Shown in pieces: positions 20,654 through 32,600 of a stretch of DNA of 33,088 nt. This stretch comes from Cyanophora paradoxa CCMP329. Its lineage: Eukaryota; Plantae; Glaucophyta. The notes under the pieces were generated by a model, which worked only from the letters and a program-made list of their open reading frames with translations, had not been told where the DNA came from and searched no databases. The position numbers and the translations under genes were made by a program. The stretch spans positions 1-33,088 of the forward strand of contig QPMI01000077.1 in assembly GCA_004431415.1 (NCBI GenBank), in the 5' to 3' direction. The stretch's first letter is position 1, and the number at the start of each line of letters is the position of its first letter.

Positions 20654-23600
20654 GGAAGCGCAAGCCCACGAGACTGTTGCGGTCATCGCTCGTAAGCAAC
20701 TGACAGCGCAAGAGGCCTGCTACATCGTCGAAGCCGTCGTGCAGGCCCGGATCGCGTACGGGCTCAAGGTGGTGCCAATGTCGGAAGCCCAGTGCGACCG
20801 GATGGACGCCATCTGCAGCTGGCTGCAAGTAGTTAAGCACCACGGTGGACTAGCGGCGTCGACGTAGAACTACGCGCTCTGGAGCCACGGCACGTATCGC
20901 CTCCCGCGCACGGCGCACCTAATGGCCAAGAACCAGATCACGGACCTGCTTGCGCGGCTCTGCGGCGAGCCTGATGAGCTGCTAGCTCAGGTGATGGCCC
21001 ACCGCGTTCGCGCCCTCCAGCGAAAGCTAGGCGTGCCGCTGCTGCCGACAGAGTTTCTGAACGTGCACGTTACGCCCCAACTCGCGAAGGCCAACACGAT
21101 CGCCGCTGTGATGCCGCTGCTGCAGCGCCACCAGTACAGGATCCAATGGAACCACGCACGCTACCTGAATGCTCCGTACCCCCCATGGGAGTGGAGTACC
21201 CTGGTCCCAGCCGGCAGAACTCCTGCGTGAGTACGTCTTGGCGACTCATATCCCCAAAGACATCTTCAAAGACGCTGCTCCTGCCCTCTACGCTGCCGGC
21301 ATGTACTGGATGTCCTCTGTCACGGCGCCCGACGGCGAGCGCCTTTGCACTTGGCGGGACCTGCACCTCTGCGCCCCCCGCAACACCTTGCCCTGGGCTG
21401 CCCCTCCCTGGTGGAAACCTCTTGCCGAGGCCCTGATGGCGGACTCCAGCGACACCTTGCCCTGGGCTGCTCCTCCCTGGTGGAAAACCCTCTCGAAGGC
21501 CCTGACGCTCGACTCCAGCGGCAAGGGTGTCCTTCGGTACCCGATGAGGCAGCCCCCCGGTACCCCCCCCTCAGCCATGGTGCAGCTGCCAGGCGGAGCT
21601 AAGAAATACATTCACCGACCGGACGACTTCGTCTGCCTCTTCGACCTAGCGACCATTCATGATGCAGCGATACCGCCCCACGTAGGACGCCTCTGTACGG
21701 CGGAGTCCGAGCCGGGCCGCCTCGTTGCGACGGAATGCTGGCTCGAACACTGGATCCCTGTCCCGGAAGAAGCGGACCCGGTCGCCGACGGTGCCTACTG
21801 CCGCTGCGATGGGCACTGTCAGCACGAAATCCGGGAGCCGCCCCTTGCGCAGCGCCACTACAATATCATACCCGGGGAGGGTCGGCGGCACTGGCACGAC
21901 GATCACACCTGCCCGCGGGCCGCCAGCGCGGCGTGCCGCGCGACGAGCACCTGCAACGACGCAGGGGAGCACGGTACTTCGATTGGGGGCTGGACCGAAC
22001 ATGCCGCCGCGCTGGGAGCCGTACCTGGCGCCCTGTCGACTGCTGCGATCAGCAACGTGCCCGCGGCCGAATGTGAGGGCCAGGTCGCTACCCGTTCAGG
22101 CGGCGCCAGCCGCAAAGTCCTGCGCCAAGGTTTACTCGAATACTTTCACCCCGGGTGGACCGCGGCAGTGGCGATGGACGCGCACCGGTGGCGGATGCTG
22201 CTGCAAGCCAGGCAGGAGGGGGACGAGCGCGTTCAATGGCACCTCCTCTTGCCCGAGGATGCCGCCCGCCTCGCCGAGCTGGAAGCGGACCCGCCGGAAC
22301 CGCTGCACCTGCTGCAAAACAAGGCGGTTCCGATTACCTCTAGGCAGGCTCGGAAATACTACTACACACTGAGGGACGAGGACTCCTGGGCGACCTTTCT
22401 GCAGGCGTGGGATAGACTGGAGGAGAACCTCCGCCGCGACCTGTGGGCAGCTGAAGCCACGTCGGACGGGACCTACGAGGCGGCCGCGCCGGCCCAAGCC
22501 TGGACGGACGGGAGCCTGCAGGACGGTCAGACGAGCCTAGCGCGCGGGGCTTATGCGGTTCACTGGCCCGCGCGCCACCTGCGCACTGATGCGAGCCTCC
22601 ACCCGCTGGAAGTCTTTCCGCCTGAGTGGGATGCAGGAGATCAATAAAGCGGAATTGCAGGCAGTGATTACGGCGGACATACTTCCCCGTTTGGAGCCGT
22701 CGTCCACATCGACAAGCAGAACGCGATCCGCTGGTGTAAGGAATTCGTTCTCGACGCCGCCCAGCATAGCCCGCGGGAGTACATCCGGCACGTCTGCTCT
22801 GCCGAACTGTACGCATGGCGTCAACTCAGGGCCCAACTAGATATGAGGGGGTGGCCGCTCACGCTGGTGAAAGTGAAGGTGCACGCGCAAGGCGAAGCGC
22901 GCAACCCGCACAATGACATCGCCGATGCTCTTGCAAATCGCACAGCCGGCGAACAACTACCAGCAGAGAGCCTACAAGAGCCTGTCTTCCTGCCGCCGGA
23001 GTTTAGCATGCCAGCCGTCCTCACAATCGGTAACGGGGACGGCACCGTGCGACGGGTGGAAGGCGACCCGAAAGAGCACATGGACACCTTGCATGAGCAT
23101 CACATGCACTTCGCTTGGGCTCAACAACTACTGGCTGGAGCGTTTCTACGCCGCGGAGACGCCGGGGCAGACATCGGCGGGCTGTACGTGGAGACAGCTG
23201 TAGGACCCAGGTTCCGCAGCGCAAGCGGGGCTCGCAACGCGCTCTTCAAGTTCAGGACCCAACTGCTCTGCAGCTCGCTTCCAGCGAACGAAGTCCAGGT
23301 ACGGGATAGGCCCGACCTTTACGCAGCCTACAACCCCGGCGGCGGCTGCGCGGCCTGCGCTACGAGGACGCCGCGTGCCCGGCGGGATCGCGCGAACCCG
23401 CCTGAGGCGGGCGAGCAGCCCGTGCAGGCCGGCCCCAGCAGACAGCGCGAGGTGCCGACAGCTCTCACTGCGGGCCCAGCGGAGACTTTCACACACGTCT
23501 TTCTATGCCCGGGCCCCCATGCAGTGACACACCGCGCGGAGACCGCTTGAGCTCTGAGTCGCCTCCTGCAGTGCGCCCACCGCGAGACCCACAGACTTCA

Positions 23601-24162
23601 ACTCAAGAACATTGATCCCACGCTAGTGCTCGCCTCTGGACTCGTGCCCACCTACTTGCGCGTAGCCGACGATGACGCCGAAGCGCGCAGCTCCGACGAC
23701 CGCCCGACCACGTACTTGCGGCTTTGGATACTCCAAGGTGTTGCCCCGCAGTCGCTCGAGCGGGACTTGATCCGAGCCCTCAACCTCGACCCGCGCCGCA
23801 CGCCGCGCACCGCCAAGCGCATGCGCCAGATGCTGATCGAACGCGAGCGTCGGCTCTGGGCCAGCCGGTGCAAGATCAACGCAACATGGGAACGAGACTG
23901 TCGCATCTCTCAAGCCTCTAAACGTCGCCCGCGCCCACCCCGCACAGGAGCTAGAGCTAAAGAACGTGCCCGCGGACCCCGTGTCCTGATAGAGCTCTGT
24001 CCCGCCTGTGACGGGCCCATCCACCTTCATAACGACCTTCGCGTAGCCCAGAACGCCGACTGCCCGCCAGAGTACACCGGATGGAAAGCGGCACTTCGAG
24101 CCCAAGAGATCTACGATACCACCAAGGTCCGCCCCTGGAGTTCGTCACCCCCGGATAATTAG
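20654..24162 (+). pseudogene. Non-LTR ORF2 C-terminal half: RT thumb/tether, RNase HI, CCHC-type zinc motif; stops and frameshifts
   Basis: RKQLTAQEACYIVEAVVQARIAYG; AWTDGS..., INKAELQAV, LVKVKVHAQG..NDIADALA (RNase H); LP...RPDLY...CAAC...ETFTHVFLCP; stops at 20865, 22838, 23548; 60-bp internal duplication (TLPWAAPPWWK). Confidence 0.82.
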
Positions 24163-25186
24163 CTAGCCCCACTAGGGAACGGGGGGGGGGGGGCTACGAC
24201 TGGAGGAGACGAGGAGACTCCCAACGCCAAGACCCGCCCATGACGACCTCTCTCCCATCTCGATTCCCGTGGCTGCTCGCCGGGCCTTCGTGCCCGCGCC
24301 GACCCGCCACTGCCTGTGCGACACGCGCCTCTACCCCCATCCCCTGCTCCCGCCGACACGCTCGCCCCCCGCCACCGCCGCCGCCCCCGCCCTCCCTGCT
24401 CTCTCTTCCTCGTCACCACGGCCACTTACCCCCAGCCCACGCCCCTCCCGCCTCGCCTCTGCCTGATCTGATGACTTCCCACCGCACCAGGGAGGGGACG
24501 GTGGTGCGGACTGTCGGGCGGAAGGCCTCCTGGCGGCCGCCGAACCCACCTGTACCTGCCCCGGCCACGCGCCAGGCCGGGGCGGACAGACCGCCGCGGT
24601 GGGGGCCCATCATTGGCCGCGGGGGGGGGAGGTGGTCGTCAGGAGGCTGGAAACCCGGCGGGACGTGCCTCATACCCCTCCGATCCTCACACCCTCCCGC
24701 CTCATACCCCTCCGATCCCCCCTCTCCCGACCGACACCTTCCCGTTCCTATGAGCCCGGCGGCTCTACCAGGCCCGCTCCCCCACGAGCACGCCCCCACC
24801 CCCGAGCCCGCCATGCCGACGACACAGCGGACCGTATTTTAGCGTGTACAGATTGGCTTAGGTTACTGAGCGCCTTCCCGGAGGCCATAGCTTGCTAGGT
24901 ATAGTCCCAGCTGCAGTTCGTCTAGCTGTCCGCCAGTTTTCTCAGACCTTGCTCCCCTTCTCGTCCTTGGGTAGTCATTCCCTCCTCGTGTAGGAACTCC
25001 CCTGTACTAGTACTGCAGCACTAGACCTAGCCCCAGGGTAGCCTTTCCAGTTATCTCCACATCCGAGCTCCACCCGGTCCGATGTCCGAAAGGCCTAGTC
25101 CCGTAGGTTCATCTCTCGACTTGACACAGATGGACACCGCAGTTATATCTCTAGCCATTTGTCTTGGTGTGTGCGAATTCATACGT
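20654..25186 (+). mobile_element. 5'-truncated non-LTR retrotransposon with RNase H, 15-bp TSD
   Basis: TTCACCATACCTAGT at 20639-20653 and 25187-25201; begins mid-ORF in the post-RT region; ~1-kb 3' UTR. Confidence 0.85.
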
Positions 25187-26165
25187 TTCACCATACCTAG
25201 TCCTCGAGAAACTTCCCTGATCTACTCTCAGCCTCGCACACACTAGATATAGCCGCCCCGACCGACTCGCTGGCATGGGCCCCTCCGCCCAAGCGAGCGC
25301 CTGCCTTGCCTCCCTCTCCCGCTCTGCCCTCCCGCTCGCTCTCTTGGCCCTGCCCGCCATTCACGACCTTGCCCACGCTCCTTGCGCCTCGACAGCGAGG
25401 GAACAATGGACCAGGAGGCTTGGCGGAAGGTTTCGGCTGGTCGCTGCACCCACCAGATACCCCGGCCCTCGTGCCAGGACCGTGGGTTGAAGGACCGCCG
25501 CGGAGGGGGGCTCGCAATTGCCCGTGGCGGGGGGGCGGCGGCTGGTTCGAGGCTGGAAGCTCTGCTGACCGAGAAGTCTGACCCTCCCCCTCCCAGCCCC
25601 GGCCGGTGCCGACCTTCTCCATCCCGCCCCACTTCTTCCCAGCAACATCCCCCCTCGCCTCATTCCCCTCGGCCCCTCTACGCCAACGTGCTTTCACCCG
25701 CGCTTCTGGCGAGCGGCCCCTCAACGCGGAGCCCGCCGCGCTAGCTGTAGTCACGGCCGCGTCGAGAGTAGGCAGATTAGACCGTGGGTCCGTCCTGGCT
25801 TTCTTACCGTACAGTAGAACAGCCCGCGAGCCTCGGACGTCCCGACGATCCCTAGGCAGGCAACACTAGCAATACTAGTGTTTTGATTTACCTCCCTCTC
25901 GTAGACCCCTGGGTAGTCCTCCCTGTGGACTAGTCCTGAGCTAGGCTAGATGTATATGTAGTGCTCTATGTTCTGGGTTAGCTTTGCTTTAGTTTACGTC
26001 TCGATTTCCTTGATTAGCTCCACCCTGTCCGATGGCTGATAGGTTCCCTACCCGGCGTAACCAGTAGGCTCATCTTTCGCGCGATCGACTTGACACTTTA
26101 CGGACACCTCAGTTCTATTCCTAGCCGTATTGTCTTGGTGTGTGTGAATTCATTGATTAACTAGA

Positions 26166-26490
26166 CCCCGCCCCCCCCTCCTACCCGACCTCACCTCCGC
26201 ACCCGCTCCCCCCCCAACTCAGCCCTCTCACCCGCCCCCGGTCGGCTGCCCGGCCACGGATCCAACCCCGCCCCTGGCCCCGCCCACCCACCCAGCCTCG
26301 GCCATCGCCCCGGCCACGACCCCCCCCCCCAGCCCTCCCCCCCCCCCCCCCCCAGTTTCAGCCCCCCCCCCCCCTCCATCCTCGCCACCTCCCCAGCTTC
26401 GGCCATTTCCCCGGCTTCGGCCACCCTGCCAGCTTCAGCCACCACACCAGCTTTGGCCACCCCCCCCGGCTTCCGCCAAGCCCCCAATCT
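26166..26490 (+). repeat. C-rich low-complexity tract with degenerate 18-bp repeats
   Basis: Long C runs at 26320-26376; CCAGCTTCGGCCACC-like units at ~26385-26480. Confidence 0.75.
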
Positions 26491-26664
26491 CGACAGACCC
26501 CTCCCGTATCCTAGTAGCTCCTCTCACCCACTGGGACATCTGTAACTGAGCAACCAAAGGCTGGCACTGGGACATCTGTAACTGAGCAACTGAGCTAGCA
26601 TCTCCAGCTCCGACATAGAATATTGATGCATGTGCTGTGGTGTATCAATAGGACATCCACTTTT

Positions 26665-29600
26665 GCAGGTGCACTCTGCCCAGCAGAAACCCTGTAAGAG
26701 GCTCTGCCCTTCCAAGTGGAATCCTCGCCGAGTGTTTGGGGACTTGAATTTTTCCTGGGTTCACTCCCTCTTAGCCCTGGTCTGTTTGAATTCCTGTAGG
26801 GCCCACAACAGCAAGGTCAGGTGCACACAAAAACTTTCCAGGGGGAACATGCACAAGGCGCTAGCCTTAGGCAGGTGCACCCAGCCCAGCAGAGGACTAC
26901 TAAAAGGCTCTGCCCTTCCAAGTGGGACCCCCACCGAGTGTTTGGGGACTTGCATGTTTCCTGGGTTCACTCCCTCTTAGCCCTGGTCTGTTTGAATTCC
27001 TGTAGGGCCCACAACAGCAAGGTCAGGTGCACACAAACACTTTCCAAAGGGAACATGCACAAGGCGCTAGCCTTAGGCAGGTGCACCCTGCCCAGCAGAG
27101 GCCCTCTAAGAGGCTCTGCCCTTCCAAGAGGAATCCTCGCCGAGTGTTTGGGGACTTGCGTGTTTCCTGGGTTCACTCCTTCTTAGCCCTGGTCAGTTTG
27201 AATTCCCGTTGCCAAAGTTGGGCCCACAACAGGAAGTCAGGTGCACACAAACACTTTCCAGGGGGAACATGCACAAGGCGCTAGCCTTAGGCAGGTGCAC
27301 CCTGCCCAGCAGTGGCCCTGTACGAGGCTCTGCCCTTCCAAGTGGGATCCCTGCCGAGTGTTTGGGGACTTGAACGTTTCCTGGGTTCACTCGCTCTTAG
27401 CCCTGGTCAGTTTGAATTCCCGTTGGGCCCACAAAAGCAAGGTCAGGTGCACACAAAACCTTTCCAGGGGGAACATGCACAAGGCGCTAGCCTTAGGCAG
27501 GTGCACCCTGCCCAGCAGAGGCCCTCTAAGAGGCTCTGCCCTTCCAAGTGGGATCCTCGCCGAGTGTTTGGGGACTTGAGTGTTTCCTGGGTTCACTCCC
27601 TCTTAGCCCTGGTCTGTTTGAATTCCCGTCGGGCCCACAAAAGCAAGGTCAGGTGCACACAAAACTTTCCAAAGGGAACATGCACTAGCCTTAGGCAGGT
27701 GCACCCTGCCCAGCAGAGGCCCTTGAAGAGGCTCTGCCCTTCCAAGTGGGACCCCCGCCGAGTGTTTGGGGACTTAAGTGTTTCCTGGGTTCACTCCCTC
27801 TTAGCCCGCTGGTCAGTTTGAATTCCCGTCGGGCCCACAACAGGAGGTCAGGTGCACAAAAACACTTTCCAGGGGGAACATGCACGAGGCGCTAGCCTTA
27901 GGCAGGTGCACCCTGCCCTGCAGAGGCCCTCTAAGAGGCTCTGCCCTTCCAAGTGGAATCCTCGCCGAGTGTTTGGGGACTTGAGTGTTTCCTGGGTTCA
28001 CTCCCTCTTAGCTCTGGTCAGTTTGAATTCCCGTTGGGCCCACAACAGCAAGGTCAGGTGCACACAAACACTTTCCAGGGAGAACATGCACAAGGCGCTA
28101 GCCTTAGGCAGGTGCACCCTGCCCAGCAGAGGCCCTCTAAGAAGTTCCATTTTTCCGAGTGGGACCCCCGCCGATTGTTTGGGGACTTAAGTGTTTCCTG
28201 GGTTCACTCCCTCTTAGCCCGCTGGTCAGTTTGAATTCCCGTCGGGCCCACAACAGGAGGTCAGGTGCACAAAAACACTTTCCAGGGGGAACATGCACAA
28301 GGCGCTAGCCTTAGGCAGGTGCACCCTGCCCAGCAGAGGACTACTAAAAGGCTCTGCCCTTCCAAGTGGGACCCCCACCGAGTGTTTGGGGACTTGCATG
28401 TTTCCTGGGTTCACTCCCTCTTAGCCCTGGTCTGTTTGAATTCCTGTAGGGCCCACAACAGCAAGGTCAGGTGCACACAAACACTTTCCAGGGGGAACAT
28501 GCACAAGGCGCTAGCCTTAGGCAGGTGCACCCTGCCCAGCAGAGGCCCTCTAAGAGGCTCTGCCCTTCCAAGAGGAATCCTCGCCGAGTGTTTGGGGACT
28601 TGCATGTTTCCTGGGTTCACTCCTTCTTAGCCCTGGTCAGTTTGAATTCCCGTTGCCAAAGTTGGGCCCACAACAGTAAGTCAGGTGCACACAAACACTT
28701 TCCAGGGAGAACATGCACAAGGCGCTAGCCTTAGGCAGGTGCACCCAGCCCAGCAGAGGACTACTAAGAGGCTCTGCCCTTCCAAGTGGGATCCTCGCCG
28801 AGTGTTTGGGGACTTGAGTGTTTCCTGGGTTCACTCCCTCTTAGCCCTGGTCTGTTTGAATTCCCGTCGGGCCCACAAAAGCAAGGTCAGGTGCACACAA
28901 AACTTTCCAAAGGGAACATGCACTAGCCTTAGGCAGGTGCACCCTGCCCAGCAGAGGCCCTTGAAGAGGCTCTGCCCTTCCAAGTGGGACCCCCGCCGAG
29001 TGTTTGGGGACTTAAGTGTTTCCTGGGTTCACTCCCTCTTAGCCCGCTGGTCAGTTTGAATTCCCGTCGGGCCCACAACAGGAGGTCAGGTGCACAAAAA
29101 CACTTTCCAGGGGGATCATGCACGAGGCGCTAGCCTTAGGCAGGTGCACCCTGCCCTGCAGAGGCCCTTGAAGAGGCTCTGCCCTTCCAAGTGGGATCCT
29201 CGCCGAGTGTTTGGGGACTTGAGTGTTTCCTGGGTTCACTCCCTCTTAGCCCTGGTCAGTTTGAATTCCCGTTGGGCCCACAACAGCAAGGTCAGGTGCA
29301 CACAAACACTTTCCAGGGAGAACATGCACAAGGCGCTAGCCTTAGGCAGGTGCACCCTGCCCAGCAGAGGCCCTCTAAGAAGTTCCATTTTTCCGAGTGG
29401 GACCCCCGCCGATTGTTTGGGGACTTAAGTGTTTCCTGGGTTCACTCCCTCTTAGCCCTGGTCAGTTTGAATTCCCGTCGGGCCCACAACAGGAGGTCAG
29501 GTGCACAAAAACACTTTCCAGGGGGAACATGCACGAGGCGCTAGCCTTAGGCAGGTGCACCCAGCCCAGCAGAGGCCCTCTAAGAGGCTCTGCCCTTCCA

Positions 29601-32600
29601 AGTGGGACCCCCACCGAGTGTTTGGGGACTTGAGTGTTTCCTGGGTTCACTCCTTCTTAGCCCTGGTCAGTTTGAATTCCCGTTGCCAAAGTTGGGCCCA
29701 CAACAGTAAGTCAGGTGCACACAAACACTTTCCAGGGAGAACATCCACAAGGCGCTAGCCTTAGGCAGGTGCACCCAGCCCAGCAGAGGACTACTAAGAG
29801 GCTCTGCCCTTCCAAGTGGGATCCTCGCCGAGTGTTTGGGGACTTGAGTGTTTCCTGGGTTCACTCCCTCTTAGCCCTGGTCTGTTTGAATTCCCGTCGG
29901 GCCCACAAAAGCAAGGTCAGGTGCACACAAAACTTTCCAAAGGGAACATGCACTAGCCTTAGGCAGGTGCACCCTGCCCAGCAGAGGCCCTTGAAGAGGC
30001 TCTGCCCTTCCAAGTGGGACCCCCGCCGAGTGTTTGGGGACTTGAGTGTTTCCTGGGTTCACTCCCTCTTAGCCCTGGTCAGCTTGAATTCCCGTCGGGT
30101 CCACAACAGGAGGTCAGGTGCACAAAAACACTTTCCAGGGGGAACATGCACGAGGTGCTAGCCTTAGGCAGGTGCACCCTGCCCTGCAGAGGCCCTCTAA
30201 GAGGCTCTGCCCTTCCAAGTGGGACCCCCGCCGAGTGTTTGGGGACTTGAGTGTTTCCTGGGTTCACTCCCTCTTAGCCCTGGTCAGTTTGAATTCCCGT
30301 TGGGCCCACAACAGCAAGGTCAGGTGCACACAAACACTTTCCAGGGAGAACATGCACAAGGCGCTAGCCTTAGGCAGGTGCACCCTGCCCAGCAGAGGCC
30401 CTCTAAGAAGTTCCATTTTTCCGAGTGGGACCCCCGCCGATTGTTTGGGGACTTAAGTGTTTCCTGGGTTCACTCCCTCTTAGCCCGCTGGTCAGTTTGA
30501 ATTCCCGTCGGGCCCACAACAGGAGGTCAGATGCACACAAACACTTTCGAGGGAGAACATCCACAAGGCGCTAGCCTTAGGCAGGTGCACCCAGCCCAGC
30601 AGAGGACTACTAAGAGGCTCTGCCCTTCCAAGTGGGAGCCCCATTGAGTGTTTGGGGACTTGAATGTTTCCTGGGTTCACTCCCTCTTAGCCCCCTGGTC
30701 AGTTTGAATTCCCGTCGGGCCCACAACAGGAAGTCAGGTGCACACAAAACCTTTCTAGGGGGAACATGCACAAGGCGCTAGCCTTAGGCAGGTGCACCCT
30801 GCCCAGCAGAGGACTGCTAAGAGGCTCTGCCCTTCCAAGTGGGATCCTCGCCGAGTGTTTGGGGACTTGAGTGTTTCCTGGGTTCACTCCCTCTTAGCCC
30901 TGGTCAGTTTGAATTCCCGTCGGGCCCACAAAAGCAAGGTCAGGTGCACACAAAACTTTCCAGGGGGAACATGCACTAGCCTTAGGCAGGTGCACCCTGC
31001 CCTGCAGAGGCCCTCTAAGAGGCTCTGCCCTTCCAAGTGGGACCCCCGCCGAGTGTTTGGGGACTTGCATGTTTCCTGGGTTCACTCCCTCTTAGCCCTG
31101 GTCAGTTTGAATTCCCGTTGGGCCCACAACAGCAAGGTCAGGTGCACACAAACACTTTCCAGGGAGAACATGCACAAGGCGCTAGCCTTAGGCAGGTGCA
31201 CCCTGCCCAGCAGAGGCCCTGTAAGAAGTTCCATTGCTCCGAGTGGGACCCCCGCCGAGTGTTTGGGGACTTAAGTGTTTCCTGGGTTCACTCCCTCTTA
31301 GCCCGCTGGTCAGTTTGAATTCCCGTCGGGCCCACAACAGGAGGTCAGGTGCACACAAACACTTTCCAGGGGGAACATGCACGAGGCGCTAGCCTTAGGC
31401 AGGTGCACCCTGCCCTGCAGAGGCCCTCTAAGAGGCTCTGCCCTTCCAAGTGGGAGCCCCATTGAGTGTTTGGGGACTTGAGTGTTTCCTGGGTTCACTC
31501 TCTCTTAGCCCTGGTCAGTTTGAATTCCCGTTGGGTCCACAACAGCAAGGTCAGGTGCACACAAAATTTTCCAGGGGGAAAATGCACAAGGCGCTAGCCT
31601 TAGGCAGATGCACCCAGCCCAGCAGAGGACTACTAAGAGGCTCTGCCCTTCCAAGTGGGAGCCCCATTGAGTGTTTGGGGACTTGAATGTTTCCTGGGTT
31701 CACTCCCTCTTAGCCCCCTGGTCAGTTTGAATTCCCGTCGGGCCCACAACAGGAAGTCAGGTGCACACAAAACCTTTCTAGGGGGAACATGCACAAGGCG
31801 CTAGCCTTAGGCAGGTGCACCCTGCCCAGCAGAGGCCCTCTAAGAGGCTCTGCCCTTCCAAGAGGAATCCTCGCCGAGTGTTTGGGGACTTGCATGTTTC
31901 CTGGGTTCACTCCTTCTTAGCCCTGGTCAGTTTGAATTCCCGTTGCCAAAGTTGGGCCCACAACAGTAAGTCAGGTGCACACAAACACTTTCCAGGGAGA
32001 ACATCCACAAGGCGCTAGCCTTAGGCAGGTGCACCCAGCCCAGCAGAGGACTACTAAGAGGCTCTGCCCTTCCAAGTGGGAGCCCCATTGAGTGTTTGGG
32101 GACTTGAGTGTTTCCTGGGTTCACTCCCTCTTAGCCCTGGTCAGTTTGAATTCCCGTCGGGCCCACAACAGCAAGGTCAGGTGCACACAAAACTTTCCAG
32201 GGGGAACATGCACTAGCCTTAGGCAGGTGCACCCTGCCCAGCAGAGGCCCTTGAAGAGGCTCTGCCCTTCCAAGTGGGATCCTCGCCGAGTGTTTGGGGA
32301 CATGAATGTGTCCTGGGTTCACTCCCTCTTAGCCCTGGTCAGTTTGAATTCCCGTCGGGTCCACAACAGGAGGTCAGGTGCACAAAACACTTTCCAGGGG
32401 GAACATGCACGAGGTGCTAGCCTTAGGCAGGTGCACCCTGCCCTGCAGAGGCCCTCTAAGAGGCTCTGCCCTTCCGAGTGGGACCCCCGCCGAGTGTTTG
32501 GGGACTTGCATGTTTCCTGGGTTCACTCCCTCTTAGCCCTGGTCAGTTTGAATTCCCGTCGGGCCCACAACAGGAGGTCAGGTGCACAAAAACACTTTCC

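Larger units (their letters stand above)
20344..26153 (+). mobile_element. Older 3' fragment of a non-LTR retrotransposon (20344-20653 plus 25202-26153), split by a nested relative
   Basis: ORF tail EVCAACDGPIRLHN...ALRAQELYD..KV.PW is homologous to 23955-24162; shares the post-stop G-tract and the 3' terminal block. Confidence 0.75.

Noticed and set aside
20344-24229. LTR pair or DIRS-type split direct repeats
   Set aside because: The repeated segments are diverged ORF tails explained by nested non-LTR copies with a 15-bp TSD; no integrase or tyrosine recombinase.
25066-25182. Hammerhead ribozyme or known snRNA in the 3' module
   Set aside because: No CTGANGA...GAAA core or recognisable snRNA sequence on either strand by eye.
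24240-25869. Long Pro/Arg/Gly-rich ORFs
   Set aside because: GC-rich 3' UTR sequence with few stops; not conserved between the two retroelement copies.
26529-26590. 26-bp direct repeat CACTGGGACATCTGTAACTGAGCAAC, 36-bp period
   Set aside because: Only two adjacent copies; most simply a local tandem duplication.
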